Shown piece by piece: positions 32,907-47,265 of a DNA stretch of 64,000 nt. Each line of letters opens with the position of its first letter. Positions within the stretch are counted from its first letter, which is position 1. The DNA comes from Escherichia coli (lineage in GTDB: Bacteria > Pseudomonadota > Gammaproteobacteria > Enterobacterales > Enterobacteriaceae), in the NCBI RefSeq assembly GCF_044324875.1, contig NZ_CP172185.1. One strand, 5' to 3'. The notes beneath the pieces were generated by a model, which saw nothing but the letters and a program-made list of their open reading frames with translations, did no database searches and was not told the DNA's origin. Both the position numbers and the translations under genes were made by a program.

Positions 32907-33542
32907 TTGGCAACTCACGAGCGTCGTGTGGTGTTTTTTGACTTAGATGGAACATTGCATCAGCAGGATATGTTCGGCAGTTTTTTGCGTTATTTACTGC
33001 GTCGCCAACCGCTGAATGCGTTGCTTGTCCTGCCGTTGTTGCCGATCATAGCCATTGCGTTATTGATAAAAGGCCGTGCGGCACGCTGGCCGATGAGTCT
33101 GCTTCTGTGGGGATGCACTTTTGGTCACAATGAAGCGCGTTTGCAGGCGTTGCAGGCCGATTTCGTACGCTGGTTTCGTGACAATGTTACCGCCTTTCCG
33201 CTGGTTCAGGAGCGATTAACCACCTACCTGTTAAGTTCCGATGCTGATATCTGGTTGATTACCGGCTCTCCGCAGCCGCTGGTTGAAGCGGTTTATTTCG
33301 ATACTCCCTGGCTGCCGCGGGTTAATCTTATCGCCAGTCAGATTCAGCGTGGCTATGGTGGTTGGGTATTGACGATGCGTTGCCTCGGGCATGAGAAGGT
33401 CGCGCAACTGGAGCGTAAAATCGGCACGCCACTGCGGTTGTACAGTGGCTATAGCGACAGTAATCAGGACAACCCGCTGCTTTATTTCTGTCAGCATCGT
33501 TGGCGAGTAACCCCGCGCGGTGAACTCCAGCAACTGGAATAG
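32907..33542 (+). CDS. pgpC: Phosphatidylglycerophosphatase C (HAD family), 211 aa
   Basis: FFDLDGTL HAD motif I; position matches yfhB. Confidence 0.85.
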   Translation: MATHERRVVFFDLDGTLHQQDMFGSFLRYLLRRQPLNALLVLPLLPIIAIALLIKGRAARWPMSLLLWGCTFGHNEARLQALQADFVRWFRDNVTAFPLVQERLTTYLLSSDADIWLITGSPQPLVEAVYFDTPWLPRVNLIASQIQRGYGGWVLTMRCLGHEKVAQLERKIGTPLRLYSGYSDSNQDNPLLYFCQHRWRVTPRGELQQLE

Positions 33543-33554
33543 AGTAAAGCATAG

Positions 33555-35656
<2,102 letters not shown>

Positions 35657-35821
35657 TTAGTTAATTCTCTGTGTCGTGCGCGTCCCAGCTTGAAAAAACG
35701 TAATAATAGTGAAAGGTTTACTCATAAATGAGCGGCATTTTGCGTAAACCTGCGCCAGTTGGCAACTTATTACAGCCATTGGCGGCACGCGTTGCTAATT
35801 CGCGATGGTGATTTTATTTCC

Positions 35822-35837
35822 ACGCAAACGGTTTCGT
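35822..35837 (+). promoter_or_regulatory. PurR operator in the purL promoter region
   Basis: ACGCAAACGGTTTCGT matches the PurR box consensus. Confidence 0.75.
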
Positions 35838-35913
35838 CAGCGCATCAGATTCTTTATAATGACGCCCGTTTCCCCCCCTTGGGTACACCGAAAGCTTAGA
35901 AGACGAGAGACTT

Positions 35914-38900
35914 ATGATGGAAATTCTGCGTGGTTCGCCTGCATTGTCGGCATTCCGAATCAACAAACTGCTGGCACGTTTTCAGGCTGCCAGGCTCCCG
36001 GTTCACACTATTTACGCCGAGTATGTCCATTTTGCTGACCTCAATGCGCCGTTAAACGATGATGAGCACGCACAACTTGAACGCCTGCTGAAATATGGCC
36101 CGGCACTCGCCAGCCACGCCCCGCAAGGCAAACTCCTGCTGGTGACCCCGCGTCCTGGCACCATCTCTCCCTGGTCTTCGAAAGCGACCGATATTGCCCA
36201 TAACTGCGGGCTGCAACAGGTTAACCGCCTTGAGCGCGGCGTTGCTTACTATATAGAAGCCGGTACGCTGACCAATGAACAATGGCAGCAGGTTACCGCT
36301 GAACTGCACGACCGCATGATGGAAACGGTCTTTTTTGCTTTAGATGATGCAGAGCAGCTGTTTGCACACCATCAACCGACTCCGGTCACCAGCGTTGATT
36401 TGCTGGGGCAGGGCCGTCAGGCGCTAATCGACGCTAACCTGCGTCTTGGCCTGGCACTGGCGGAAGATGAAATTGACTATTTGCAGGATGCTTTCACAAA
36501 GCTTGGTCGTAACCCGAACGACATCGAACTGTATATGTTTGCCCAGGCGAACTCCGAGCACTGCCGCCACAAAATTTTTAACGCCGACTGGGTTATCGAT
36601 GGTGAACAGCAGCCGAAATCGCTGTTTAAGATGATCAAAAACACCTTCGAAACCACGCCGGATCACGTTCTCTCTGCTTATAAAGATAACGCCGCCGTAA
36701 TGGAAGGTTCTGAAGTGGGCCGCTACTTTGCTGACCACGAAACGGGCCGCTACGATTTCCATCAGGAACCGGCGCATATTCTGATGAAAGTCGAAACTCA
36801 CAACCACCCGACGGCGATTTCTCCGTGGCCGGGCGCGGCGACCGGTTCCGGCGGTGAAATCCGCGATGAAGGTGCCACCGGGCGCGGCGCGAAGCCGAAA
36901 GCTGGTTTGGTTGGTTTCTCCGTTTCCAACCTGCGAATTCCTGGCTTCGAACAACCGTGGGAAGAAGATTTCGGTAAGCCTGAGCGCATTGTCACCGCGC
37001 TGGACATCATGACCGAAGGCCCGCTGGGTGGCGCGGCATTTAACAACGAATTTGGTCGTCCGGCACTGAACGGCTACTTCCGTACTTATGAAGAAAAAGT
37101 GAATAGCCACAATGGCGAAGAGCTGCGCGGTTATCACAAACCGATCATGCTGGCGGGCGGGATCGGCAACATTCGCGCCGATCACGTACAAAAAGGCGAG
37201 ATCAACGTTGGTGCGAAGCTGGTCGTTCTCGGCGGCCCGGCAATGAACATCGGTCTTGGCGGCGGCGCGGCGTCTTCCATGGCGTCTGGTCAGTCTGATG
37301 CCGACCTCGACTTTGCTTCCGTACAGCGCGACAACCCGGAGATGGAGCGTCGCTGCCAGGAAGTGATCGACCGTTGCTGGCAGCTTGGTGATGCCAACCC
37401 AATCCTGTTTATCCACGACGTCGGCGCTGGCGGTCTTTCTAACGCCATGCCGGAACTGGTGAGCGACGGCGGGCGCGGCGGTAAATTCGAACTGCGCGAT
37501 ATCCTGAGCGACGAACCGGGCATGAGCCCGCTGGAAATCTGGTGTAACGAATCCCAGGAACGCTACGTGCTGGCGGTTGCTGCCGATCAGTTACCGCTGT
37601 TTGACGAACTGTGTAAGCGTGAGCGCGCGCCATACGCGGTGATTGGTGAAGCGACCGAAGAACTGCATCTTTCTTTGCACGATCGTCATTTTGATAATCA
37701 GCCGATCGATCTGCCGCTGGACGTCCTGCTTGGTAAAACGCCGAAGATGACCCGCGAAGTACAAACGCTGAAAGCGAAGGGTGATGCGCTGGTTCGTGAA
37801 GGGATCACCATCGCTGACGCGGTGAAACGCGTACTGCATCTGCCGACTGTGGCAGAGAAAACTTTCCTGGTGACCATCGGTGACCGCAGCGTAACTGGCA
37901 TGGTGGCGCGCGATCAGATGGTGGGTCCGTGGCAGGTGCCGGTCGCTAACTGCGCGGTCACTACCGCCAGCCTTGACAGCTACTATGGTGAAGCGATGGC
38001 GATTGGCGAGCGTGCGCCGGTTGCGCTGCTGGATTTCGCCGCCTCTGCCCGTCTGGCGGTCGGTGAAGCGTTAACCAATATTGCCGCAACACAGATTGGC
38101 GATATCAAACGCATTAAACTTTCCGCCAACTGGATGGCGGCGGCAGGCCACCCTGGTGAAGATGCGGGCCTGTATGAAGCCGTTAAAGCCGTGGGCGAAG
38201 AGCTTTGTCCGGCGCTGGGCCTGACGATCCCGGTGGGTAAAGACTCTATGTCGATGAAAACCCGCTGGCAGGAAGGTAACGAAGAGCGCGAAATGACGTC
38301 GCCGTTGTCGCTGGTGATTTCCGCATTTGCCCGCGTGGAAGATGTACGTCACACCATTACGCCGCAGCTTTCTACCGAAGATAACGCACTGCTGCTGATT
38401 GATTTGGGCAAAGGCAATAACGCGCTGGGCGCAACGGCGCTGGCGCAGGTTTATCGTCAGCTTGGCGACAAACCGGCAGATGTACGCGATGTCGCGCAAC
38501 TGAAAGGCTTCTATGACGCGGTTCAGGCGCTGGTAGCACAGCGTAAGCTGCTCGCGTACCACGACCGCTCTGATGGCGGCCTGCTGGTAACGCTGGCGGA
38601 AATGGCCTTTGCTGGTCATTGCGGCATTGACGCGGATATCGCCACTCTGGGTGACGATCGCCTGGCGGCGTTGTTTAACGAAGAACTGGGGGCGGTGATT
38701 CAGGTTCGTGCCGCTGACCGTGAAGCAGTTGAAGCGGTACTGGCACAGCATGGGCTTGCTGATTGCGTCCATTATGTTGGGCAGGCGGTTTCCGGTGACC
38801 GTTTTGTGATTACCGCCAACGGGCAGACTGTATTCAGCGAAAGCCGCACCACGTTGCGTGTCTGGTGGGCAGAAACTACCTGGCAGATGCAGCGCCTGCG

Positions 38901-39801
38901 TGACAACCCGGAGTGTGCCGACCAGGAGCACCAGGCGAAATCAAACGACGCCGATCCGGGCCTGAATGTAAAACTGTCGTTCGATATCAACGAAGATGTG
39001 GCAGCACCGTATATTGCCACTGGCGCACGTCCGAAAGTTGCTGTGCTGCGTGAGCAGGGCGTGAACTCGCATGTTGAAATGGCGGCAGCTTTCCACCGTG
39101 CAGGCTTCGATGCTATCGACGTGCATATGAGCGACCTGCTGGCTGGACGCACGGGCCTGGAGGATTTCCACGCCCTGGTCGCGTGCGGTGGTTTCTCCTA
39201 CGGTGATGTGCTGGGTGCCGGTGAAGGTTGGGCGAAGTCTATCCTGTTCAATGACCGTGTACGCGATGAGTTTGCAACCTTCTTCCACCGTCCGCAAACG
39301 CTGGCGCTGGGGGTATGTAACGGTTGCCAGATGATGTCTAATCTGCGCGAACTGATCCCTGGTAGTGAGTTGTGGCCACGTTTTGTGCGCAATACCTCCG
39401 ATCGCTTTGAAGCGCGTTTCAGCCTGGTTGAAGTAACCCAAAGTCCGTCTCTGCTGTTGCAGGGGATGGTGGGCTCGCAAATGCCGATTGCTGTCTCTCA
39501 TGGTGAAGGGCGCGTGGAAGTGCGTGATGCGGCGCATCTGGCGGCACTGGAAAGCAAAGGGCTGGTGGCACTGCGCTATGTCGATAACTTCGGCAAAGTC
39601 ACTGAAACCTACCCAGCTAACCCGAACGGTTCTCCGAATGGTATTACGGCGGTCACGACTGAAAGTGGTCGAGTCACCATTATGATGCCGCACCCGGAAC
39701 GTGTTTTCCGTACTGTCAGCAACTCCTGGCATCCGGAAAACTGGGGCGAGGATGGGCCGTGGATGCGTATTTTCCGCAATGCACGTAAGCAGTTGGGGTA
39801 A
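35914..39801 (+). CDS. purL: Phosphoribosylformylglycinamidine synthase, 1295 aa
   Basis: 1295-aa ORF with C-terminal glutamine amidotransferase domain. Confidence 0.95.
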   Translation: MMEILRGSPALSAFRINKLLARFQAARLPVHTIYAEYVHFADLNAPLNDDEHAQLERLLKYGPALASHAPQGKLLLVTPRPGTISPWSSKATDIAHNCGLQQVNRLERGVAYYIEAGTLTNEQWQQVTAELHDRMMETVFFALDDAEQLFAHHQPTPVTSVDLLGQGRQALIDANLRLGLALAEDEIDYLQDAFTKLGRNPNDIELYMFAQANSEHCRHKIFNADWVIDGEQQPKSLFKMIKNTFETTPDHVLSAYKDNAAVMEGSEVGRYFADHETGRYDFHQEPAHILMKVETHNHPTAISPWPGAATGSGGEIRDEGATGRGAKPKAGLVGFSVSNLRIPGFEQPWEEDFGKPERIVTALDIMTEGPLGGAAFNNEFGRPALNGYFRTYEEKVNSHNGEELRGYHKPIMLAGGIGNIRADHVQKGEINVGAKLVVLGGPAMNIGLGGGAASSMASGQSDADLDFASVQRDNPEMERRCQEVIDRCWQLGDANPILFIHDVGAGGLSNAMPELVSDGGRGGKFELRDILSDEPGMSPLEIWCNESQERYVLAVAADQLPLFDELCKRERAPYAVIGEATEELHLSLHDRHFDNQPIDLPLDVLLGKTPKMTREVQTLKAKGDALVREGITIADAVKRVLHLPTVAEKTFLVTIGDRSVTGMVARDQMVGPWQVPVANCAVTTASLDSYYGEAMAIGERAPVALLDFAASARLAVGEALTNIAATQIGDIKRIKLSANWMAAAGHPGEDAGLYEAVKAVGEELCPALGLTIPVGKDSMSMKTRWQEGNEEREMTSPLSLVISAFARVEDVRHTITPQLSTEDNALLLIDLGKGNNALGATALAQVYRQLGDKPADVRDVAQLKGFYDAVQALVAQRKLLAYHDRSDGGLLVTLAEMAFAGHCGIDADIATLGDDRLAALFNEELGAVIQVRAADREAVEAVLAQHGLADCVHYVGQAVSGDRFVITANGQTVFSESRTTLRVWWAETTWQMQRLRDNPECADQEHQAKSNDADPGLNVKLSFDINEDVAAPYIATGARPKVAVLREQGVNSHVEMAAAFHRAGFDAIDVHMSDLLAGRTGLEDFHALVACGGFSYGDVLGAGEGWAKSILFNDRVRDEFATFFHRPQTLALGVCNGCQMMSNLRELIPGSELWPRFVRNTSDRFEARFSLVEVTQSPSLLLQGMVGSQMPIAVSHGEGRVEVRDAAHLAALESKGLVALRYVDNFGKVTETYPANPNGSPNGITAVTTESGRVTIMMPHPERVFRTVSNSWHPENWGEDGPWMRIFRNARKQLG

Positions 39802-39858
39802 GCCGTCAACCCATTGGTTTTGCAGCCGGATGAGGCATTAAGCACCAACTACTATTAT

Positions 39859-39885
39859 AAGCTCCCAACTTCGGGAGCTTTTTTG
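39859..39885 (+). terminator. Rho-independent terminator after purL
   Basis: AAGCTCCCAACTTCGGGAGCTTTTTTG. Confidence 0.8.
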
Positions 39886-39999
39886 TGTCTGTAAATCACG
39901 ACAATGGGTGGTTTGCCGTGTCGCTTTCTGGCGACATTTAACTCATTGATTTTAATATTATCTAATAAGTTTATCTTAAGTTGTCTCTTTTTAGCGACA
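39886..39999 (+). promoter_or_regulatory. Three GlrR (NtrC-type) activator sites TGTC-N10-GACA upstream of glmY
   Basis: Exact TGTC-N10-GACA at 39886-39903, 39919-39936 and 39982-39999. Confidence 0.8.
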
Positions 40000-40088
40000 C
40001 AGTGGCTGATTTACAGCCAAATAGCGAAGAAGCCATAAATCCCTCAAAGCGGCGTATAATCAGTACGTTACCAAACTATTTTCTTTAT

Positions 40089-40108
40089 TGGCACAGTTAC
40101 TGCATAAT
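40089..40108 (+). promoter_or_regulatory. Overlapping sigma54 (-24 TGGCAC / -12 CTGCA) and sigma70 (-10 CATAAT) promoters of glmY
   Basis: TGGCACAGTTACTGCATAAT. Confidence 0.85.
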
Positions 40109-40114
40109 AGTAAC

Positions 40115-40298
40115 CAGTGGCTCATTCACCGACTTATGTCAGCCCCTTCGGGACGTGCTACATAAAATTCGAATGACGCACAACAAGGTGCCTGCCGTCC
40201 AACTTCTGATATCAGCGTAGCTATATCAACCATCGGGCGAAACGTCGAGTTAGGCACCGCCTTATTCCATAACAAAGCCGGGTAATTCCCGGCTTTGT
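40115..40298 (+). ncRNA. glmY: Small RNA GlmY
   Basis: Starts AGTGGCTCATTCACCGACTTATGTCAGCC as recalled for GlmY; ends at terminator AAAGCCGGGTAATTCCCGGCTTTGTTG; about 184 nt. Confidence 0.85.
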
Positions 40299-40357
40299 TG
40301 TATCTGAACTTCCCCTCGGTTAGCATCAGGCTATTCGCGTCTGACGAGAGTAACACC

Positions 40358-41785
40358 TTGAAACGCTGGCCCGTTTTTCCCCGCTCATTACGACAACTGG
40401 TAATGCTGGCATTTTTGCTGATTCTGCTGCCCCTGTTGGTGCTGGCATGGCAAGCCTGGCAAAGCCTGAATGCACTTAGCGATCAGGCGGCGCTGGTTAA
40501 CCGCACTACGCTTATTGATGCCCGGCGTAGTGAAGCGATGACCAACGCGGCACTGGAGATGGAGCGCAGCTACCGTCAGTATTGCGTGCTGGACGACCCT
40601 ACGCTTGCGAAGGTTTATCAAAGCCAGCGCAAGCGTTATAGCGAAATGCTCGATGCCCACGCAGGCGTACTGCCAGACGATAAACTTTACCAGGCATTGC
40701 GTCAGGACTTGAACAATCTGGCCCAACTTCAGTGTAACAACAGTGGTCCCGATGCCGCCGCCGCCGCGCGTCTTGAAGCCTTTGCCAGTGCCAATACCGA
40801 AATGGTGCAGGCCACGCGCACAGTGGTGTTCTCTCGTGGGCAGCAACTTCAGCGTGAAATCGCCGAACGTGGGCAATATTTTGGTTGGCAATCGCTGGTG
40901 TTATTTCTGGTGAGTCTGGTGATGGTGCTACTTTTCACGAGGATGATTATCGGTCCGGTGAAAAATATCGAGCGCATGATCAACCGGCTGGGGGAAGGGC
41001 GTTCTCTGGGCAATAGTGTCTCGTTCAGTGGACCGAGCGAGTTACGCTCGGTTGGGCAACGTATTCTTTGGTTAAGTGAGCGCCTGTCATGGCTGGAATC
41101 CCAACGTCATCAATTCTTAAGACATTTATCTCATGAATTAAAAACGCCGCTGGCGAGTATGCGCGAGGGCACTGAATTACTGGCTGACCAGGTTGTCGGG
41201 CCGCTTACGCCAGAGCAAAAAGAGGTGGTGAGCATCCTCGATAGCAGCAGCCGCAATTTGCAAAAACTGATCGAACAACTGCTTGATTACAACCGTAAAC
41301 AGGCGGACAGTGCGGTGGAACTGGAGAATGTTGAATTAGCACCGCTGGTGGAGACAGTAGTTTCTGCTCATAGCCTGCCCGCACGGGCTAAAATGATGCA
41401 TACCGACGTCGATCTCCAAGCAACAGCTTGCCTGGCGGAGCCAATGCTGCTGATGAGCGTACTGGATAATCTTTACTCCAATGCTGTGCACTACGGGACT
41501 GAATCCGGTAACATTTGCCTTCGCAGCAGTTTACATGGCGCGCGGGTTTATATTGATGTCATCAATACAGGCACACCCATTCCGCAAGAGGAACGCGCCA
41601 TGATCTTTGAACCCTTTTTTCAGGGAAGCCACCAGCGAAAAGGGGCGGTGAAGGGCAGCGGTCTGGGATTAAGCATTGCCAGGGATTGTATTCGCCGTAT
41701 GCAGGGGGAACTGTATCTGGTCGACGAGAGCGGGCAAGACGTTTGCTTCCGCATTGAATTGCCGTCGTCGAAAAACACGAAATAA
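40358..41785 (+). CDS. glrK: Sensor histidine kinase GlrK, 475 aa, probable TTG start
   Basis: HAMP/HisKA region with conserved His in LSHELKTPL, plus HATPase domain; start set by expected length. Confidence 0.85.
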   Translation: MKRWPVFPRSLRQLVMLAFLLILLPLLVLAWQAWQSLNALSDQAALVNRTTLIDARRSEAMTNAALEMERSYRQYCVLDDPTLAKVYQSQRKRYSEMLDAHAGVLPDDKLYQALRQDLNNLAQLQCNNSGPDAAAAARLEAFASANTEMVQATRTVVFSRGQQLQREIAERGQYFGWQSLVLFLVSLVMVLLFTRMIIGPVKNIERMINRLGEGRSLGNSVSFSGPSELRSVGQRILWLSERLSWLESQRHQFLRHLSHELKTPLASMREGTELLADQVVGPLTPEQKEVVSILDSSSRNLQKLIEQLLDYNRKQADSAVELENVELAPLVETVVSAHSLPARAKMMHTDVDLQATACLAEPMLLMSVLDNLYSNAVHYGTESGNICLRSSLHGARVYIDVINTGTPIPQEERAMIFEPFFQGSHQRKGAVKGSGLGLSIARDCIRRMQGELYLVDESGQDVCFRIELPSSKNTK

Positions 41786-41949
41786 TGTTAAGAGCCTATC
41801 CCATCAGGCTATTTTATTTGCCAGTTCGGCCCCGGGCGGAGCTCGAAATCCTCACGTACGACATGTACGCTCCGGTTTCTCCGCGCTGTCTGTGCCCAAA
41901 CTGCCTGCAACAATTACGCCCACTGGGATAGGCATTAAGTCTGGTGAAT

Positions 41950-42663
41950 ATGCGACACATTTTTCAACGATTATTGCCCCGACGGCTGTGGCTGGCAGGG
42001 CTGCCATGTCTGGCATTGCTGGGTTGCGTGCAGAGTCACAATAAACCAGCCATTGATACGCCAGCAGAAGAAAAAATTCCGGTTTATCAACTGGCTGACT
42101 ATCTTTCTACTGAATGTAGCGACATCTGGGCGCTGCAAGGTAAATCAACCGAAACCAATCCGCTTTACTGGCTGCGGGCGATGGATTGTGCTGATCGTTT
42201 AATGCCTGCGCAGTCGCGTCAGCAAGCTCGCCAATATGACGACGGCAGCTGGCAAAAGACCTTTAAACAAGGGATTTTGCTCGCCGACGCCAAAATTACG
42301 CCGTATGAGCGCCGCCAGCTGGTCGCGCGCATTGATGCGCTAAGTACCGAGATCCCGGCACAGGTTCGCCCTCTGTATCAACTCTGGCGCGACGGTCAGG
42401 CGCTGCAACTGCAACTGGCGGAAGAGCGCCAACGCTACGGCAAACTCCAGCAATCCAGCGACAGCGAGCTGGATACATTGCGCCAGCAACATCACGTTCT
42501 ACAGCAGCAACTGGAACTCACCACCCGCAAGCTGGAAAACCTGACTGATATTGAACGCCAGCTCTCGACCCGCAAACCGGCTGGAAATTTCTCGCCGGAT
42601 ACGCCGCACGAGAGTGAAAAGCCCGCGCCATCCACCCATGAGGTCACTCCTGATGAGCCATAA
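41950..42663 (+). CDS. qseG: Lipoprotein QseG/YfhG, 237 aa
   Basis: Lipobox LLGCVQ; coiled-coil-like Q-rich C-terminus; between glrK and glrR. Confidence 0.8.
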   Translation: MRHIFQRLLPRRLWLAGLPCLALLGCVQSHNKPAIDTPAEEKIPVYQLADYLSTECSDIWALQGKSTETNPLYWLRAMDCADRLMPAQSRQQARQYDDGSWQKTFKQGILLADAKITPYERRQLVARIDALSTEIPAQVRPLYQLWRDGQALQLQLAEERQRYGKLQQSSDSELDTLRQQHHVLQQQLELTTRKLENLTDIERQLSTRKPAGNFSPDTPHESEKPAPSTHEVTPDEP

Positions 42664-43987
42664 ACCTGCGCATTTATTATTGGTCGATGACGATCCGGGA
42701 TTGCTGAAACTGCTTGGCCTGCGCCTGACCAGCGAAGGCTACAGCGTGGTCACGGCGGAAAGTGGTGCTGAAGGATTACGGGTACTGAATCGCGAAAAAG
42801 TAGATTTAGTTATCAGCGACCTGCGGATGGATGAAATGGATGGTATGCAGCTGTTTGCTGAAATCCAGAAAGTGCAGCCGGGAATGCCGGTAATTATTCT
42901 TACCGCACATGGTTCTATTCCCGATGCCGTTGCTGCAACACAGCAGGGCGTGTTCAGTTTCCTCACCAAGCCTGTCGATAAAGACGCGCTATATCAGGCA
43001 ATTGATGATGCGTTGGAACAATCCGCGCCAGCCACCGACGAACGCTGGCGCGAGGCGATTGTCACCCGCAGCCCGCTGATGCTGCGTTTGCTGGAACAGG
43101 CGCGGCTGGTGGCGCAATCAGACGTCAGCGTTTTGATTAATGGCCAGAGCGGCACCGGGAAAGAGATTTTCGCCCAGGCTATCCACAACGCCAGCCCGCG
43201 CAATAGCAAACCATTTATTGCTATTAACTGTGGTGCATTGCCCGAGCAATTGCTGGAGTCGGAGCTGTTTGGTCATGCGCGTGGCGCGTTTACTGGCGCT
43301 GTCAGCAATCGCGAAGGTTTATTCCAGGCGGCGGAAGGCGGTACGCTATTTCTCGATGAGATTGGCGATATGCCCGCACCGTTGCAGGTCAAACTGCTGC
43401 GCGTGTTGCAGGAGCGTAAAGTGCGCCCGCTGGGCAGTAACCGCGATATTGATATCGACGTGCGGATTATTTCCGCCACTCACCGCGACCTGCCAAAAGC
43501 GATGGCGCGCGGGGAATTCCGCGAAGATCTCTATTACCGCCTCAATGTTGTCAGCCTGAAAATTCCGGCTCTGGCAGAGCGCACAGAAGACATTCCGCTA
43601 CTGGCAAATCACCTGTTGCGCCAGGCGGCAGAGCGACATAAACCGTTTGTCCGCGCGTTCTCCACCGATGCAATGAAACGCCTGATGACCGCTAGCTGGC
43701 CGGGTAATGTACGCCAGTTGGTCAACGTGATTGAACAGTGCGTGGCGCTGACCTCATCTCCGGTGATTAGTGATGCATTAGTAGAGCAGGCGCTGGAGGG
43801 TGAAAATACGGCGCTGCCAACCTTTGTTGAGGCACGTAATCAGTTTGAACTCAACTATTTGCGTAAGCTGCTGCAAATTACCAAAGGCAACGTCACCCAC
43901 GCGGCGAGAATGGCGGGGCGCAACCGGACAGAATTTTATAAACTGCTTTCCCGACACGAGCTGGATGCAAACGATTTCAAGGAATGA
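42653..43987 (+). CDS. glrR: Sigma54-dependent response regulator GlrR, 444 aa
   Basis: Receiver domain, AAA+ sigma54-activator domain (GESGTGKE, GAFTGA) and C-terminal HTH. Confidence 0.9.
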   Translation: MSHKPAHLLLVDDDPGLLKLLGLRLTSEGYSVVTAESGAEGLRVLNREKVDLVISDLRMDEMDGMQLFAEIQKVQPGMPVIILTAHGSIPDAVAATQQGVFSFLTKPVDKDALYQAIDDALEQSAPATDERWREAIVTRSPLMLRLLEQARLVAQSDVSVLINGQSGTGKEIFAQAIHNASPRNSKPFIAINCGALPEQLLESELFGHARGAFTGAVSNREGLFQAAEGGTLFLDEIGDMPAPLQVKLLRVLQERKVRPLGSNRDIDIDVRIISATHRDLPKAMARGEFREDLYYRLNVVSLKIPALAERTEDIPLLANHLLRQAAERHKPFVRAFSTDAMKRLMTASWPGNVRQLVNVIEQCVALTSSPVISDALVEQALEGENTALPTFVEARNQFELNYLRKLLQITKGNVTHAARMAGRNRTEFYKLLSRHELDANDFKE

Positions 43988-44011
43988 ATTGGCGTTATGT
44001 GTTACGTTTAG

Positions 44012-44386
<375 letters not shown>

Positions 44387-44398
44387 ACCGCGTCAAGG

Positions 44399-44424
44399 GT
44401 TGCCGGATGTTTCCATCCGGCAAC
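44399..44424. terminator. Bidirectional hairpin between convergent glnB and hmp
   Basis: GTTGCCGGATGTTTCCATCCGGCAAC. Confidence 0.6.
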
Positions 44425-44430
44425 ATCAAA

Positions 44431-45621
44431 TCACAGCACCTTATGCGGACCAAAGCATTCGTAATGAATGTTTTCCTGCTTCACGCCCAGATCCACTAAC
44501 TGTTTCGCGGCAAACTGCATGAAGCCAACCGGGCCGCAGAGATAGAACTGCATTGTCGGATCGCTGAACGCACCTTCCAGTTTGCTCAAATCCATCAGAC
44601 CTTCGCTATCAAACTGACCTTTAGCGCGATCGGCTTCGCTCGGCTGACGATACCAGGTGTGCGCGGTAAAGCGCGGCAGTGCTTGCCCCAGTTCCTTAAC
44701 TTCATCGGCAAAGGCGTGAACATCGCCATTTTCTGCCGCATGGAACCAGTTCACTTGTGCTGTGTGGCCAGCTTTTGCCAGCGTGTCGAGCATTGCCAGC
44801 ATTGGCGTTTGACCGACACCGGCAGAGATTAACGTCACTGGTGTGTCATCTGCGACAGCCATAAAGAAATCACCTGCTGGAGCGACTAGTTTCACGACAT
44901 CGCCAACATTGGCGTGATTGTGCAGCCAGTTGGATACCTGCCCACCCTCTTCGCGTTTCACCGCAATACGATAGCCTTTGCCATCCGGTTTGCGAGTCAA
45001 AGAGTACTGACGAATTTCCTGATGCGGGAAACCTTCCGGCTTCAGCCAGACGCCGAGATATTGCCCCGGACGGTATTCTGCCACTGCGCCACCGTCGACC
45101 GGCTCCAGTTCGAAGCTGGTGATAAGCGCGCTGCGCGGTGTTTTAGCCACAATGTGGAAATCGCGAGTACCTTCCCAGCCACCGGCTTTGCTGGCGTTTT
45201 CGTTATAGATTTCCGCCTCGCGATTGATAAATACATTAGCCAGTACGCCATAGGCTTTACCCCACGCGTCCAGCACTTCCTGGCCCGGGCTGAACATTTC
45301 GTCCAGCGTCGCCAACAGGTGTTCACCGACAATGTTGTACTGTTCCGGTTTGATCTGGAAGCTGGTGTGCTTCTGCGCGATTTTTTCTACCGCTGGCAGC
45401 AGCGCAGGCAGGTTTTCAATATTACTGGCGTAGGCGGCAATAGCGTTAAACAGGGCTTCACGTTGATCGCCATTACGCTGGTTACTCATGTTAAAAATTT
45501 CTTTGAGTTCTGGGTTATGAGTAAACATACGGTCGTAGAAATGGGCGGTTAACTTTGGCCCCGTTTCCACCAGTAAAGGGATGGTGGCTTTTACTGTAGC
45601 GATGGTTTGAGCGTCAAGCAT
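44431..45621 (-). CDS. hmp: Flavohemoglobin (NO dioxygenase), 396 aa
   Basis: Globin N-domain plus FAD/NAD reductase domain; start at [11 protein letters not shown]. Confidence 0.95.
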   Translation of the reverse strand: MLDAQTIATVKATIPLLVETGPKLTAHFYDRMFTHNPELKEIFNMSNQRNGDQREALFNAIAAYASNIENLPALLPAVEKIAQKHTSFQIKPEQYNIVGEHLLATLDEMFSPGQEVLDAWGKAYGVLANVFINREAEIYNENASKAGGWEGTRDFHIVAKTPRSALITSFELEPVDGGAVAEYRPGQYLGVWLKPEGFPHQEIRQYSLTRKPDGKGYRIAVKREEGGQVSNWLHNHANVGDVVKLVAPAGDFFMAVADDTPVTLISAGVGQTPMLAMLDTLAKAGHTAQVNWFHAAENGDVHAFADEVKELGQALPRFTAHTWYRQPSEADRAKGQFDSEGLMDLSKLEGAFSDPTMQFYLCGPVGFMQFAAKQLVDLGVKQENIHYECFGPHKVL

Positions 45622-45645
45622 ATGGTCTTCCTTTTTTTGCATCTT

Positions 45646-45670
45646 AATTGATGTATCTCAAATGCATCTT
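45646..45670. promoter_or_regulatory. NsrR operator in the hmp promoter
   Basis: AATTGATGTATCTCAAATGCATCTT is the reverse complement of an AAGATGCATTTGAGATACATCAATT-type NsrR site. Confidence 0.7.
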
Positions 45671-45948
45671 ATAAAAAATAGCCCTGCAATGTAAATGGTT
45701 CTTTGGTGTTTTTCAGAAAGAATGTGATGAAGTGAAAAATTTGCATCACAAACCTGAAAAGAAATCCGTTTCCGGTTGCAAGCTCTTTATTCTCCAAAGC
45801 CTTGCGCAGCCTGAAGGTAATCGTTTGCGTAAATTCCTTTGTCAAGACCTGTTATCGCACAATGATTCGGTTATACTGTTCGCCGTTGTCCAACAGGACC
45901 GCCTATAAAGGCCAAAAATTTTATTGTTAGCTGAGTCAGGAGATGCGG

Positions 45949-47202
45949 ATGTTAAAGCGTGAAATGAACATTGCCGATTATGATGCCGAACTGTGGCAGG
46001 CTATGGAGCAGGAAAAAGTACGTCAGGAAGAGCACATCGAACTGATCGCCTCCGAAAACTACACCAGCCCGCGCGTAATGCAGGCGCAGGGTTCTCAGCT
46101 GACCAACAAATATGCTGAAGGTTATCCGGGCAAACGCTACTACGGCGGTTGCGAGTATGTTGATATCGTTGAACAACTGGCGATCGATCGTGCGAAAGAA
46201 CTGTTCGGTGCTGACTACGCTAACGTCCAGCCGCACTCCGGCTCCCAGGCTAACTTTGCGGTGTACACCGCGCTGCTGGAACCAGGTGATACCGTTCTGG
46301 GTATGAACCTGGCGCATGGCGGTCACCTGACTCACGGTTCTCCGGTTAACTTCTCCGGTAAACTATACAACATCGTTCCTTACGGTATCGATGCTACCGG
46401 TCATATCGACTACGCCGATCTGGAAAAACAAGCCAAAGAACACAAACCGAAAATGATTATCGGTGGCTTCTCTGCATATTCCGGCGTGGTGGACTGGGCG
46501 AAAATGCGTGAAATCGCTGACAGCATCGGTGCTTACCTGTTCGTTGATATGGCGCACGTTGCGGGCCTGGTTGCAGCTGGCGTCTACCCGAACCCGGTTC
46601 CTCATGCTCACGTTGTTACTACCACCACTCACAAAACCCTGGCGGGTCCGCGCGGCGGCCTGATCCTGGCGAAAGGTGGTAGCGAAGAGCTGTACAAAAA
46701 ACTGAACTCTGCGGTTTTCCCTGGTGGTCAGGGTGGTCCGTTGATGCACGTAATCGCCGGTAAAGCGGTTGCTCTGAAAGAAGCGATGGAGCCTGAGTTC
46801 AAAACTTACCAGCAGCAGGTCGCTAAAAACGCTAAAGCGATGGTAGAAGTGTTCCTGGAACGCGGCTACAAAGTGGTTTCCGGCGGCACTGATAACCACC
46901 TGTTCCTGGTTGATCTGGTTGATAAAAACCTGACCGGTAAAGAAGCTGACGCCGCTCTGGGCCGTGCTAACATCACCGTCAACAAAAACAGCGTACCGAA
47001 CGATCCGAAGAGCCCGTTTGTGACCTCCGGTATTCGCGTGGGTACTCCGGCGATTACGCGTCGCGGCTTCAAAGAAGCAGAAGCGAAAGAACTGGCTGGC
47101 TGGATGTGTGACGTGCTGGACAGCATCAATGATGAAGCCGTTATCGAGCGCATCAAAGGTAAAGTTCTCGACATCTGTGCACGTTACCCGGTTTACGCAT
47201 AA
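45949..47202 (+). CDS. glyA: Serine hydroxymethyltransferase, 417 aa
   Basis: Start at [12 protein letters not shown]; PLP-lysine motif [14 protein letters not shown]. Confidence 0.95.
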
Positions 47203-47222
47203 GCGAAACGGTTAATCTGTTG

Positions 47223-47250
47223 AAAAAAGGCTTCCTTCGGGAAGCCTTTC
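47223..47250. terminator. Bidirectional terminator between glyA and yphH
   Basis: AAAAAAGGCTTCCTTCGGGAAGCCTTTC. Confidence 0.8.
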
Positions 47251-47265
47251 TACGTTATCGCGCCA

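Noticed and set aside
36424-39732. Several long minus-strand ORFs (330, 286, 263 aa) inside purL
   Set aside because: They are antisense to a well-supported 1295-aa gene, with Arg/Ala-rich low-complexity translations typical of GC-rich antisense frames; no start or RBS context
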